Assembly: GCF_009834535.1 (NCBI RefSeq)
Contig: NC_045696.1
Location: forward strand, 51,834,001-51,898,000
Direction of reading: 5' to 3'
DNA: 64,000 nucleotides
From: Camelus ferus
Taxonomy: Eukaryota
Part shown: piece by piece, positions 12,826-26,254 of the stretch
Position numbering within the stretch: the stretch's first letter is position 1
How the letters are laid out: each line of letters starts with the position of its first letter
Translations under genes and position numbers: made by a program
Notes under the pieces: generated by a model
What the model was told of the DNA's origin: nothing
What the model saw: only the letters and a program-made list of their open reading frames with translations
The model's database searches: none

Positions 12826-13214
12826 CGTGGATCATTATTTTCCTAGCGTTAATAGTCTACAAATTCACATAATAGTGTTATTATTTTGAAACATTATTTC
12901 AAGACCAACAAATGAATTTTGAGTCTAGACTTTTGTTGTTTGCTTTATTATAGTTTGTATTTTTTAAAAAAACTCTTACTGAAATCAAGTAAAATGTTTT
13001 AAAATTGGGTCCTTAAAACCATATGTACAGTTAAAAGTAGTAGATAGGGTCATATTCTTATGTCACCTTTCAATCTAGCATCAAATTCTCAAAACTTGTT
13101 GTTCATCTAATAGCAGGTCTGGGTAATGCTAACCCATTCCATTAAGAGATGACTTGGCATATTTACCTTCCCCTATTCCCAAACAATACAGATTATTTTA
13201 ATATTCCTTGGTCA

Positions 13215-13968
13215 TGTATCAGTCAGGGTCCATTAGGAGACAGAAACCACACAGCAATTTGAACAGGGAAAATTTAATCTGAAGAATTATTAACTATAAC
13301 AGGGGATTGGAATAATTAGGGAGTAACTAGTAAGAAGTAAAGAAAATTGTAAATTATATAAGAATAAGCAAATATCAGGAACAACCACAACTTCTAGGGC
13401 TGATAGAGAGTGCCCAAGGAAGAGTCCCTTATGCCCCTGGACTGGGATTCAGACTTGTTGGTTGAGGCACAGACAATGAATGAATGACTGGCAGAGAAAT
13501 TGCTGGAGAGCTGTGTCAGCAAAACTTGCTGGAAATCTGTACTCTAGGGTGCCAGGAGAGCTGTTCATGGGAAGGCTGTCTCATCTGAGGCACACTGCTG
13601 CATAAACCAACCACCCAAGGTGTTTATGTGTGCATGGTTGTGCACGGGTGCTGGAGGTAGCTGCTGGCTGCTGGGCACTGGAGAAGCTACCAGGTGCTTC
13701 AGCTGCTGTGCACCAATGCAGCTGTGTATGCTGCAAGAGGCAGGCCTTGGAGAAGCCATGCACACAGTAGGAGCCTCCCAAAAAAGTTCACAGGAGCCAG
13801 GGAGGAAAACCTCTTCTTCCTATGATGTCTCTCGGAATCCTCTATTGATAAAGCACACTCATTCAGTTGGGAAAGGAAAAATACTTAAATGACCCCTATA
13901 CATCTTTGTAGAGCAGGCAAGGAAGGGTAAATTTGGATCTGAGAGGCAGTACATTGATAACTGGTAGA
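13215..13968 (-). mobile_element. Ancient ERVL/MaLR-class solo LTR
   Basis: Starts tgtatcagtcagggtcc...gagacagaaaccacac, the reverse complement of an LTR 3' end (...ctgactgataca). GC-richer interior; ends gagaggcagtacattgataactgg. Subfamily not certain. Confidence 0.7.
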
Positions 13969-15288
13969 ATTATTTACTTACATAGTTTATGAAATAACTC
14001 ACTTTGGAGATTACAATCCAGGGATCTCTTACCTACTATACTACTTACTAGACTTGCTGCCCACCTTTACTAATATACTGACTCTCGGCATACCTAAATA
14101 AATACTGTCAGAATTAGGGAAAATAGCATTCTAGTAAGTAAAAGTAGTAATACTAGTATTTGCATAATGAACATTTATTCCCAAATGCTGTCTGTGTATG
14201 TTCTGTTTACAATTAAGAGATTAAGAAAAAATGTACAGCAATACTAAACTACTGACCTACATTTATGCATTAGTATCCCAGTCTGGAATTTCAACTAACT
14301 GGGTAACCAGGAGAGTCATTACAAACAACCTACAGCTTCAGGAGTGGTAAAAATTACCTCATTTTCCCCCTTCCTCTCTCTTTTTCTTTTAATTGACTCT
14401 AGAACCCATATTTGCTGTTCCATGACACAATTTTTGGGTAGGCTGTTAACAGAATTCAATTTCTCAGAAAAATATTTTACATATTTAGCAGAAATTGTTT
14501 TCCTCTGATTTTTGTCCTGTATTGTTCGACCCTCAATATTAAACAGAAAAGCATCAGTAACTGATCAATTTAATGCATTTCTCAAGGTACACGGTGATCA
14601 CTGTCAGAACTGATTTTACACATAGATGGGGAGGCAAATTCAAATACCTCTGCTTTGTCATCTAATTTCTTACTTGCTTCAGGAAGAGGACAGAATCTTT
14701 TGTCCCATAATTAAAGGCAGGGTTTTAAAACACAAACCTTTGACATTAGAAAGGGTTGTGGTGGTGAGAGGCTGACAGCACAGAAAGGTACTGGGTGAGA
14801 AGAGGGGCCAATGGAGAGGAGACTGTCTCAAGACCAAGACCGCAAAGCACCCATCTCACCCATCCATTCATCTTTACTCATGCCCTGGCCACAGCAGCAC
14901 TATCTGTTCTCACTATTCTGAAAAGGACCTCCTTGTTTCTCCAGTTGTGTTTTCTGAAAACCAGTTGTATTATCAAGCAAAGCAAGCCCTGCTGGGCTGT
15001 CTCACAATCACATGGTAGGCATTGCTGCCAGCTGCCGGCAGTTGTCTCTAGGATTTTCTTTTGTTTGTGTTGTGTGTGAAGACTAAGGATAAACCTAATG
15101 ACCCTCCATATATTTGATCCTCACCTCCCCAAAAAACACACACGTGCCCCTCTTGCAATTCCTGAGTCCGAAAGGAGATGATGACAAAGGAGAGTCATAG
15201 GTTCATGTGAGTCAGGCAGGCAAGTCCGTTTTATTTTAGTTTGCCCTTCTGTTCAGCTGGCTTTTCTGCTCTGACCCACTATACTTAC

Positions 15289-15425
15289 CCTGTTGGCTGC
15301 TCTCACTAGCAACATGCCTTTTTAATCAGCCTTCCTGGGGTCTGCATTTGATTACAGCATTTGTGTTCTATTTTGATTCTTTTGTACTGTGCCCTGTGGT
15401 GTTAGCTTGAAAGGTGTTATTTATA
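15289..15425 (-). promoter_or_regulatory. Candidate TATA promoter plus ~100-nt alternative first exon
   Basis: Minus-strand TATAAATAA at 15425-15417 and a near-perfect U1-complementary donor CAGG|GTAAGTAT at 15289/15288. AP-1 TGAGTCA at 15208-15214. Confidence 0.35.
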
Positions 15426-16382
15426 AAATGAAGTTCTATTGTATTGCCACTTGGATTCAAAGAGGACATATAATATTAATGCAGAATGTATTTAATAATA
15501 TCTTGAATCTATTAAATCAATTTCTTCATGAGAACACAGAATGGGAGGGAGGCCAGTGGGTCGGTAACCCAGGTAATAAGACTTAAGAATCACCTGAACT
15601 TTCCTTCACAAGCATTCATGAAAGCTGGCATGAGAACCTTTCTCTTAACGTCAGGATTTCCAGAGGAGGAGACTTCCTCAGCCAGTGCTGTGTGCACCTG
15701 TTTAAACATTCGATTGTGAAGACCAAACATTTTCCTAGGCCTCAGATGCAAATTTTTGACTAAGGAAACCATGAGACGAAACACGGATATGGCTTTTTTA
15801 CTACCTAGGAAGATTTAGGTAAAGAAAATATAATCATCTGTTTCCAAGTTGCTGCTTGCAAGATTTGTAAACGGAAATAATTCCTTATGTTCCTGACTCC
15901 CCTGAAAAGCAGGCTAGGAAAATTCTAGTGATAACCAAGAACTGAGGCAGAGTTTCCAGGGTGGTGTGTTTAGAATAATGTTCTCACCTAGCAAAAGCAC
16001 AGGTTTCTCTACGGCTGCTGGGCCTATAGTCAAATGTTTATAGATCAGGTTGATGAAGGAGTCCCCAACTTTCCTTCACTTCTAATTTTAATGCAAACCA
16101 AAGACTGGAATGTTGTATCACCACATCACAGCCTGAGTATCACATTTGTTGCTGTTCACGTTCCATTCTTCCACTACACCCTTTTTTTTCCCCTGGTGAT
16201 ACATTTGAAATCGTCAATGGCTAAGCTGCTGTTTAGGTAAAGAATAAGGAAGGATCAGATGTGGAAGATAGTTTTGCAATCAGGTTCTGTAGAACTTGCT
16301 AAAAGAAACTGTCACTCATAAAGGAAGCTGGCTATGCAGACCTAGAGTGAGGGTCCCTAGATTTTTACCTGCTCTCACTCAC

Positions 16383-16465
16383 TTGCTCATTGAAATTTAG
16401 GTCCACTTTTTCTAATCACTGAAATTGCTCCAGGAAATTTAGGTCTAGTTTTCTAATCACTAAAA
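16383..16465. repeat. ~42-bp diverged tandem duplication
   Basis: ttgctcattgaaatttaggtccactttttctaatcactgaaa followed by ttgctccaggaaatttaggtctagttttctaatcactaaaa. Confidence 0.85.
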
Positions 16466-16887
16466 TGTAAGTACCTATATTACCCTTTTCTACTTGGATT
16501 GGGCTTCTTTAGGGATGAATGAGATAATGGTCTGGAGTGCTCTAAATTATTTGCAATGAAGGTGGGACACAATTGCACATTATTAAAATGATAGTTCAGA
16601 CTTCTGGTTTTTCATATCCAGATAAGAGAAACATTAACAAAAATATGAATTTCTTCCCCCCTTGGTAATAAATCATATATCCTCATTCATAAATGGCATC
16701 CCAAACATCAGGAGCTAGGATGTGTTGGGAAATACACATCTCAATCTTGAAGGCATCCTGTTGTAAAGTACTTGCATGAAAAGATCACAATATTCATCTC
16801 TGTATCCATCTAGGTTATACTATATTGATTTGCACTTTGTGAGTATTCCATTAATATCTGCTGAATTGAACTGAAAAATGAGAGCAA

Positions 16888-16962
16888 TTTTAGAACTGAA
16901 AGTAGCTAGAGATCATGTAAGTCCAGCGACTCCATTCTGCAGATGATAAAACTGATGCCCAG
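16888..16962 (-). mobile_element. MIR fragment interrupted by L1 insertions (resumes at ~17609)
   Basis: ccattctgcagatgataaaactgatgcccag matches the reverse MIR core. It continues as gtaaactgacttatccaag after the L1. Confidence 0.75.
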
Positions 16963-17034
16963 AAAAATTGTGCTTTACACCAGAAATTGACACAACATTG
17001 TAAACTGATTATAACTCAATAAAAAGAAAAAAAA
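16963..17034 (+). mobile_element. Very short 5'-truncated young L1 (3' tip plus poly-A)
   Basis: tgctttacaccagaaattgacacaacattgtaaactgattataactcaataaa-A(n), flanked by a perfect 15-bp TSD aaaactgatgcccag (16948-16962 and 17035-17049). Confidence 0.85.
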
Positions 17035-17049
17035 AAAACTGATGCCCAG

Positions 17050-17594
17050 TTCATAGCATTACTATTTACAATAGCCAAGACTTGGAAGCAACATAAGTGT
17101 CCATCAACAGATTAATGGATAAAGAAGATGTGGTATATCTATATAATGGAATATTACTCAGCCATAAAAGGAATGAAATATTGCCATTTGTGGCAACATG
17201 GATGGATGTAGAGATTATCATACTAAGTAAAGTAAATCAGACAGAAAGACATATATGGTACCATTTATACGTGAAATCTAAAAAATGATATAAATGAACT
17301 TATTTACAAAACAGAAACAGACTCACAGACATAGAAAACAAACTTATGGTTACCAAAGTGGAAAGAGGGGTAAGGATAAATAAGGAGTTTGGGATTAACA
17401 GACACACACTACTATATATAAAATAGATAAACAACAAGGACCTATTGTATAGCACATGGAACTATATTCAATATCTTGTAATGACCTAGAATAGAAAATA
17501 ATCTGAAAAATTATTTATATATATATATATGAGAAACTGAATCACTTCGCTGTACACCTGAAACTAACACAACATTGTGAGTCAAACAAACAAA
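17050..17594 (+). mobile_element. 5'-truncated L1 (cetartiodactyl-type 3' end: ORF2 C-terminus plus 3'UTR)
   Basis: ORF 17097-17288 includes EILPFVATWMDVEIIILSKVNQ, an L1 ORF2p C-terminal motif. The 3'UTR reads acagactcacagacatagaaaacaaacttatggttacc...gctgtacacctgaaactaacacaacattgt, followed by an A-rich tail and a decayed TSD. Confidence 0.93.
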
Positions 17595-19147
17595 AAAACA
17601 ATGCCCAGGTAAACTGACTTATCCAAGTGCAATATTAATAATGTTACAGTCTTTGGAGGAGTTAAAGATCTGTCACTGAAAATATATAACTCAGTCAATT
17701 AAAATAAAATAGATGTTCTTTTGCCAAAATAAGAATTACTCTTCAGCTCAAATAATCTGAATTCTTCTAATCCAACTAAAGATGCTGAAGTCTCAAGTAA
17801 TAAACAAACATTAAATGGCTATAGACCATAAGGGTGTTAGAAATGCCATTACCTAAGGTTGCACATTTTAATCTGTGCCTATCCCTCACTCTATTGGCAT
17901 TATTTTTCAGGTAATGTTTAGGTTGTAAAAACAAAAAATAATGTCAAGTCCTTGAAATTATGTGGGATTCACGGAGGTGCAATTCAAAAATAAAATTACT
18001 TCCATTTATTATTTCAGTTTACTACTTAGCTATACTGCAGATGGTAAGCCAAATTTAAATTCTAGGGTTCGGGAAACAAAATTGAACAAGACACTTTATC
18101 CTTTGTTAGACAGAAAATAAGCAAGACTATAATAAGAAAGGCAATTTCCCGTTAGTGGAAGTTACTTGTGTGGTATTTGCAGAAAAAAGTTTGACTCTCG
18201 GCTGAGTTGTCTGGTTAAATCAGCACCAACAGCAAAAGCCAATCAAATTATCCTTTTGACCAACTCAATTTTTTTTGAACAGTATTAAATTCTTTTCTTT
18301 GCTTAAAAATCAAGACATTTAAATCCTTGATTAGAAGGTAAACAGCTTGTTGTCAGGTATTTTAATGAACTAAAAACTACAATAAAGTGACTGTCATAGA
18401 AAGAAACTGAATAAATGTAAAATGTCAATTATTGTAAAGTAGGAATCTAGAAATCTCCATTGAACTACTTCTCATTTTCCCAAAGCTCCTTTCATAGTGG
18501 AAATCCCTGAAGGTCACAGAGAACAGAACTTAGAGAAACGAGGAGCAAGTGACAGCAACAAGCCTGATGCTTCCAATAGTTGGAGGGCCTGTTGGAGGCT
18601 ATAACTTGCATATTATCAAAAACTTGATCCCAGAAACATATTCAGGTTTTCACAGATCAAGTTCAAATGATTAACTTGGTATTTCAGCCTCCATTTCTTG
18701 CTCTACCTTGTTTAGGCATCCCAGGTTCCAGTACTCCTTGATGAGTACCCTAGAGCGTAGCCATACTATATGAGTGTTTCCCTTTATCTTGGTATTGCCA
18801 AGGGAGTCCTAAATTTTAAATTTTCTATTCTGTTATCTCCATGATTTATTAAATCACGTCCGGACTTCTGTGTTGGAATATTACACATTCATTTACTATG
18901 ATTCAGTAAGCACGTACTAAATAACCCATATATGGCTTATATGTTCCTGCTTTTAAGCTTTTGTTCTTCCTGTAGTTGGAGTGTCCAGTAATTATTCTTT
19001 TATCAGTCTAATTGCTCTAGTTATCTTGTAGTCCAGCTTATGCTGTATCACAGCCATCATTTTCCAGCTTTTGTAGTCCACATTAATTTTCCTTTTTTTG
19101 TTGTTTTTTTGTTGTTTTGTTTTTTGTTTTTTGACTAGTACCACTGG

Positions 19148-19686
19148 TGTAGACACTCATGCCTACCCAATATCAATCCCCACATTTCTTCCTACCTACG
19201 GACTACTATTTTGTTCAGAGTGGCAATGTGCTCAGTCCTGAATGATGAGCTATGACATTTCTAAGCCAATGATGACAAATCTGTTCCCTGATTCCCTTGC
19301 CTCCCTAGCAACCAAGGGTGGCCTTGGGACCCAGTTTCAGTCAATAAGATCTATGTGGCAATCTGCTTGAGAGGCTGGTTTCTGAGAAAGCTTTTTCTTG
19401 TCTGATAGAGGTAAAAAGAAATCCTTCAGGTGCCTTCTTCCTCTCCCTTCAAATATGGATATTATACTTTCAGTTGTAGCCGCTATTTTGTGAAAATAAA
19501 GCAACCAGCATGAAAAAAAAAAAAAAAAAAAAGGCAAAGAGAAACACAGAGATATTGGCCCTGACTTTATCACACACCAGCAACTCTCTACCTCTGGACC
19601 TCCTCTTACTTGAGAAATACAAACTCCTATTTGTTTAAGCTGCTCAAGTCAGAGTTTTTGCTACTGAACACGTTTCTAACCAAGAA
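19148..19686 (+). mobile_element. MaLR solo LTR (MLT1J/K-like)
   Basis: TG start; ttttgttcagagtggcaatgtgc; gacccagtttcagtcaataagat; ctacctctggacc; tttgtttaagctgct near the 3' end. Confidence 0.8.
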
Positions 19687-22600
19687 ATAACTTTCATAAT
19701 TTGAATTATCCAACTGCTCTTCCCAACTATCTGGCAAACATTGGTCACATTCTTGGTATTTAATAAATATTCATTTGCTTAATATCTTGATTATATATAC
19801 TAGACATTCAAGATATGTAATGAAATGCTCACTCTGAAAGCAAGGGGGAAATCTGTATTAAGCAAAGAGGATTAAAGCAGGTCAAAAAAGAAAAATATGA
19901 GTCTAAAATAAGAAAAGAAGTTCTATGGCAAGAATTTATTACAACCTAGTTTAGTTATTAATACAATAAAGACAAACTTGCAAATGTTTTCCAAAATTAG
20001 TATAAATATATTTTAAGTAAGAAATAAGACATTGGACTAAGCCCCCAAGGAATGGATGTTTTAAAGAAGCGATTAAAAATAAATCTTATAAATAAGATTT
20101 CTATTAAATACAGAGAAGACAGTGCAATGCAGTTCTGGCTCTGTTAAAGCTAAGTGAGGAACCAGCACTTGCTGTATATCACTAGCAACAAGACATTTTC
20201 TCTGTCCCTCAGGTAGCATGACTGCGACTCACCCAAATGCTCCAGACTCCCTAGCATGCTAATTAGCTTCCCAAATCTTTCACCTGGTGTGTGAACCCAC
20301 GCGTGAGGAAACTATTATAGCATTTGCTTTTGGAGAGAAGTCTACATAAGTTAGGACAGAAGCTATTTTCAAGTCTTCCAAGTTTTACAACTAATGGGGA
20401 ACTGTTGAAGAGAGAAATAAGTAGCATTGGGTCGTTTTAGGTTAGCGACCTTAAATATAAGGTGTGATTTAATCAGAAGCCAGAGTAATCATGGCAGGAG
20501 GTGGGGAAAAAAGACTCAGCTGCCTGGAGTTGGGGAGGACTTTGGTGGCAGCTTTCAGCTTGAGCTAAAACTGCAGGATTCTGTCAGAGGCTCCACAAAC
20601 AAAGGGCTGCATTATGTAACACATCTTGTATTCCTTTGTGAACTATTCCACAACAAAGTTTCATTAGTTTCCCCCTCTAGACATTTTACCACTTCCAGGC
20701 TGCAACTTGTTGTCCAGAAGGGAAACTTTCTATCTCAAATTAAAGTTTAAGTTGCAAGAAAACTGACAGTTTTTTTTTTTTCAGGAACCAAATCAAATTA
20801 ATTTGAACTTTATACTGACTGGGAAAATACTTCTTAAGCTAGGCGGACCAAAGTAATCTCATTTGAAGTATTTCCAGATAATTCTGCAATAGTTAGAAAT
20901 AGCTCTCTTAAGTTGTCATTTTCTGGTAATGTTATTCTGTTAAGTGTACCACTCTTAGAGGGTCACTTTTCAGAACAGCATTTTATAGGCAAAATTGTAA
21001 GATAGCATGTTGCATGGATGGTACACAGAAATACATTCTCATAAACAGTATCTTCTTTTCAAAATAAAATTTATTTTTGTATCTGCCATGAGAATATTCT
21101 AAGATTAAATATAGTCCTACAGTATCATATTTAGCTTTGGTATATAAAAAATCTATTTTTAGCAGTTTAATTATTTTATCAATTACTAACATAAGAGCCT
21201 TCCATTATATTACATTATTTTGATCAGCTGTAAAAATAATGTAACTGTTGGATAGATTTTTCCCTCTTAATATTTCAAATGTTGGTTTAATGCCTGTCTC
21301 TTAGACCCCCTGTGAAAGTGACTAAGGTTTACTAGGGAATACTGCATAGAATATGCCTTTTGGTCTGAATGGCTGGGTTCTGCATAGTCAAAGTTTAGAT
21401 GGAAGTCCCCAAAGACCAGTGGTATAAAAAAAGAGTGGGATTTGACTCAGCAGATAGCTCTCTTCCTTCTGATTTGGTCTTAAATGGATGCTCCCAACAC
21501 TCTGTCATCTCTTGGGCAGAGCATGAGACTGAAACAGTCAATAGTCCTTATAGTGCTCAAGACCCAACTTCATGGGAACAGGGAATCAGGGCAAGTTACA
21601 GGTCAGGTATATTGATTTCACTCTGCTGGCCTTTTTTTCCATTCAAAATGCATCACTCTTAGACTCAGAATTATGTCCTGCAAGGTGGGTAATTGTATGT
21701 CCCTGTTTATTCAGGATAGTTTCAGTTCCAACTATTCAGGCACAATTATTAAGAGTAGCCAATTTCACTTTCAAAAGTGGCCCGGTTTGGATGATAAATT
21801 ATGAGATTACCCTACATATAAGCTTTAAAAAAGTTATTTATAGCACCCTCTACAGTGATACTCATTCCCTTTAGGGCAAATTAAAATGGTCACTATTGGT
21901 CAACTTCTTTAAAGAGAAAGGGATAAACTAAAACTTTATTACCTTAATCCCAAACTTCAACCAAGAGATCTTGCCATATAAAAATTTAAGACAAGAATAA
22001 TTTTGGAAAACCATATTTCCATGAATTATTTAGGGATCCTAATGTTAGATAGTACTGGGTATTTTTAGCCCTATTTCGTACAAGAAGGCATATCCAGCCC
22101 TAAAATTTGTTGCAATGAAAAAAGTATAAGATCTGAAAAAAAATTCTTTGTCTCTTGGATTTGAATCCTAGTTCAATTATTTGCTCAGTTGGCAACTTCA
22201 GATAATCTCCATGAACATCTTTATTATTAACCCCTTCTAAACTGCCTTTAAGGACATTTAAAAAAACAGAAGTGAAAGAACTATATATTCTGCAAATAGC
22301 TGACATGATTTCAACAGGGTTGCTATTATTTCTTTTTATAATAAAGACAGGTATTTCCTTTTCAACTTGTAGGATAATTGGATGGACTGCAGAAAATTTG
22401 TCCACAGCAACATGTGGGAACAGGAGTCTCTCTAGCATCTCCTTATTTTGCAATTTTATCACATTTCTGGATGACACTTGTGCATGGGCATTGATGGCCC
22501 ACAAAGATCAAAGGAGGAAAAACTATGGACTTTGGGCACTGAGGCCAGAGAAGGAAAGGCTGAAATTTAAAGCACACAACTCTGGTCAAAAGTTTTGTTA

Positions 22601-25509
22601 GTGATTTCATGAGTTTCTAATATAGATAACCTTTCCTCAAACAGAAAAGGAAACTTGGGCGTAAGAGGCATTGGAGTAGAAGGGCTAGTTTGTGGAACAG
22701 AATAATTTTCTCTTTACTCATCACATTTACTCATCACTGATATACCCTCCTTTCTTCTTCTTGATGATTCTCCTCTTTCTTCTCTGAAATTCTAAATTCT
22801 TTGGCCCAGAAGAAAAATCTGGTGTTCAGAGTTAATTCTCTTAGTCTATCTGACATCAAAATTATATGGAAAATGTTTTTCATTTTTCATCTATATGAAT
22901 GTAGTTAAATGATTTTATTTGTAAAAAAAAGTCTTTGACTTTCCCCCCAATTTTTAAAAAAGACATTTTTTTAGAGCTTTTAGTAACTGTAGGAAAAGTT
23001 CTTATAAACTGTCCTTCATTTAAATAATTAAAACAGGTCAATACACTAAATGAAGAGTTAATTCTTTAATGTACGACATTTTTGTCTGTTTAAATTGACT
23101 ACTCGGAGAATTAGGGCTCTTGTACCTAATCTGAGGGAGGCCCCAAGACCTTCAGGTTTATATAAGGGTCTATCAGGCAACTCTCATCATTCTCTGTTTT
23201 AAATATGTGCTGTTTGAAAAGGTAGTAGGATATAAAGAGGAGTGAATGGTGAGAGCCTGCAGAAGGGAGAGGAATGCCAAGAAAACTGTACTTGGTACCC
23301 CTGAGAAAGAGCACTGGAAATTTGGCCCCCATCCCTCAGAGAGAAAAATTTCTCTCACACATTCCATCTATTAGAAGTTCATTTGTGTTTAACAAGCCCC
23401 TCTTTTAAAATGCAAATCTGCCTTGTGAACCTGTAAACCTCATTCACACCTTATTGTTAATTACTTTGATGTTTAGAATATGATCAACACTTAACTGATA
23501 TTGGCAATCTAGGAATGCACAAATAGCTCAGGGTGGGAAAAGGGAAATTTGGGTGGAGTGGGGCTGGAGGTGGTACCGTATGGATTTTATTTGGGAGCAA
23601 TAGAGCATACCGATACTTTGCGTTTTTGTCCAGGAGAGTGGCAGTAGCTCAGCGTATCACAAATTGAGCACTTTTCTTGATTGTCAGTGTCTGGCTGAAA
23701 TCAGAACAGGTCTGGAAGCCTGCGAACTTCAGGTTTTAAATATTTAGCCATAGCAAGTTAATTGAGTTTAGTCTTTCCTGGAAACCCTTCTAGCTAATTC
23801 AAACTGTCTCCACAATTCGGCAACCTGGGATACTAACACTCATGTGGTTCAGCTGCCCATGTCTGAAGCTCAACTGATAAATGAATTCCCCCTGCAAAAA
23901 GTGAATGTGGCCCAGTCCTTTTTCATTGTCTCACTGGTCATTCACTTTTTTTTGGAGATTAGCATATGTAATCCTGAAACAGTCTATAAGCAGTTGCAGA
24001 AGAGTATAAGATGATATATTATTTCTATATTGGTAAGTGTCACTTGATCTGATATCAAAAGGTTGCAAAAAGACTTCAGCTGACTTAAACTACAAGTCTT
24101 GGCTAGGCAGAAATTCAAGGAAAAACATTTTATGCCATCTTATAACATTATTAATCACACCTCCTTTTCTATGAAAAATAAATACGCTAAAATCTTCATT
24201 AAGAAAAGAGGTCACTTTTCCCGCCAAAATTGCTAATTTTAGTTTTTATATGGCTGGATACATTTGTAAACTATTATGTGAAAACATATGGTTGGAACAT
24301 GCTTATTCCTTCATGAGTATTCTTCCTTTGAGGCTGCAAAATTTTCCTTAGTTGTTTCATGTGCTATGTTGTTGTTCTGATGGCTTCTTGTTCTAAACAC
24401 TTTTCTTTCTTTTCCATTGTTATTGAAATGAATTCTAATAAGGAAAAAAAGAAGCCCTCTAACTGAAAATGTCTTTCTTGTAGATGTGGGCTGGGGAATG
24501 ATATAGGTCACAAGGGACAGCAGACATTATGTCACACATTCTTTAATCAATTGATCCCTTTGTAGTTTATTCACCTGAATGCATTTTGACAAGTAGTGAA
24601 GCAATAGTGGGAAAGGGATATTTGTGTGGCTAATTTTCAGTTATCTGTAAAGTACTAGACCAGTTTTTCTTATTACTTCTTATTACCTACACACTTTTAT
24701 GACCCATTAGATCAGTGAACCACCGTTTTAAGGTATGTCACAAATAAGGAGGCGTGAAAAGTCCCAGTGGTGTTCAAGGTTCACAAAGCCTGACCTTGGA
24801 GTTTTGGTATATGATTCTCAGTTGATCTTTGAGTATTATAGTCAACTATTAAATTAGTATGGTTGAAGTGCAGTTCTTTCAAATAGAAGGGTATTATAGA
24901 AAAATTGAGAATCCCTCCAACTACTTAATTTAATTTCTTACTTTACATTTTGCCCTCATCTTTCCTTATAATACTCCTTTTTTCTCTATGTGTATTTATT
25001 CCCATACCTTTCCAATTCTGCTTAATACTGAGACTACTGTTTCGGCACATGAAAGATTACCTATAAATAATCCATGAATGCACAAAAAGTCACCTGGACA
25101 AATATTTTAAAGTGAACAATAGAAAAACTTTAAAATAAGCAAATTCATAAATCTACAGCTTTGGGAAAAATCCATGATGGTAACAAAATGATTAATAACT
25201 CTATATAGGAAGGATGAAGCCTAGAAGGTTAGAAATGAGAAATTTTAGAATAGGAAAAAAAATAATACAGCTCAACACAATTAAAAGCACATGCAGAAGG
25301 AAGCTAATATATTGTTTATTAAAACATTAAATGGAAAGATGAAATTAGAATGCTGTATTATTATATCAAAAGCAGAAAGTTATTTCTTTCTGCTCCAACT
25401 CTAGAGGAAAACAAATTCTCTAATGCCACCAAGAACAGAATAGGGAAAAAATGTTTGGAATTTAAGAGTTGTGGTATATTATAAAGCTAGTTGTTCAAGG
25501 TAAGACAGA

Positions 25510-26042
25510 TTGGTTTGTGTGTACCGATTTCCAAGCCAACCCCCTAAGGTCCCTGCCTCCTGGTATTCACATACTTGTGTAGTCCTGTCTACATTATATC
25601 AGGGTTGACCTATGTGACCAATACATGTGGTAAAAGTGATGTTGTGCGAGTCAACATGAGGTCAGAAAAGCCATTGCTGCTTCTCCTTACTCTCTTTGAT
25701 CACTTACTGTGGGGAAGCCAGCCCCTCTGCTGTGAAGACATGTAAGCAGCCCTATGGAAAGGTCCACGTGGCAAGGAATTGAGACAAGCAGTCAACACTG
25801 ACTTCTGAGTCCTGTGAGTCCACCTTGGAAGTGGATCCTGAAGCCCCAGTAAGCCTTCAGATGACTGTAACCCCTGCTGACATCTTGAAAGCAGCATCAG
25901 AAAAGATCTGAGACCAGAACCACTTCGCTAACCTGCTCCAGAATTCCTAATCATGAGCGATTCCTGAAAGATATTATGTGTTTTGTTTTAAGTCACTAAG
26001 TTATTGAGGTACTCTATTTTTCAGTAAGAGATAACTAACCCA
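25510..26042 (+). mobile_element. MaLR solo LTR (MLT1E/F-like)
   Basis: ccctgcctcctggtattcac; gcagccctatggaaaggtccacgtggcaaggaattgag; ttggaagtggatcct...ccagtaagccttcagatgactg; ttttaagtcactaagt...gataactaa. Confidence 0.88.
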
Positions 26043-26254
26043 GTGATTGTGGCTTTTTTTTCTTTTGGTACCTCAGGTGTATGGAACTGGATAATCATAA
26101 TCCTTGGTACACGATGCATACCCACTATTGGTCCATGCTTGGCCTACTTTTATTCCCATAGTTATTTTTTAATGAATTAATAAATACTAGCAAACTAAGC
26201 CCCTGAAAGAAGAGTTAAGAGCTTTATAATAAACTAATCTATACATTTAGTTTT

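Noticed and set aside
13565..13892. Overlapping Cys/Ala-rich ORFs
   Set aside because: They lie inside a solo LTR; the GC-rich composition explains the open frames.
17097..17288. ORF with protein-like sequence
   Set aside because: Frameshifted L1 ORF2p C-terminal remnant, not a host gene.
22100..22601. 134-aa and 109-aa ORFs on opposite strands
   Set aside because: No recognisable homology or convincing splice boundaries; lengths are compatible with chance.
26077..26105. Plus-strand acceptor ttttttttcttttggtacctcag
   Set aside because: The acceptor is good but the only nearby donor is weak (TTG|GTACAC), and it sits at an LTR edge. Insufficient support.
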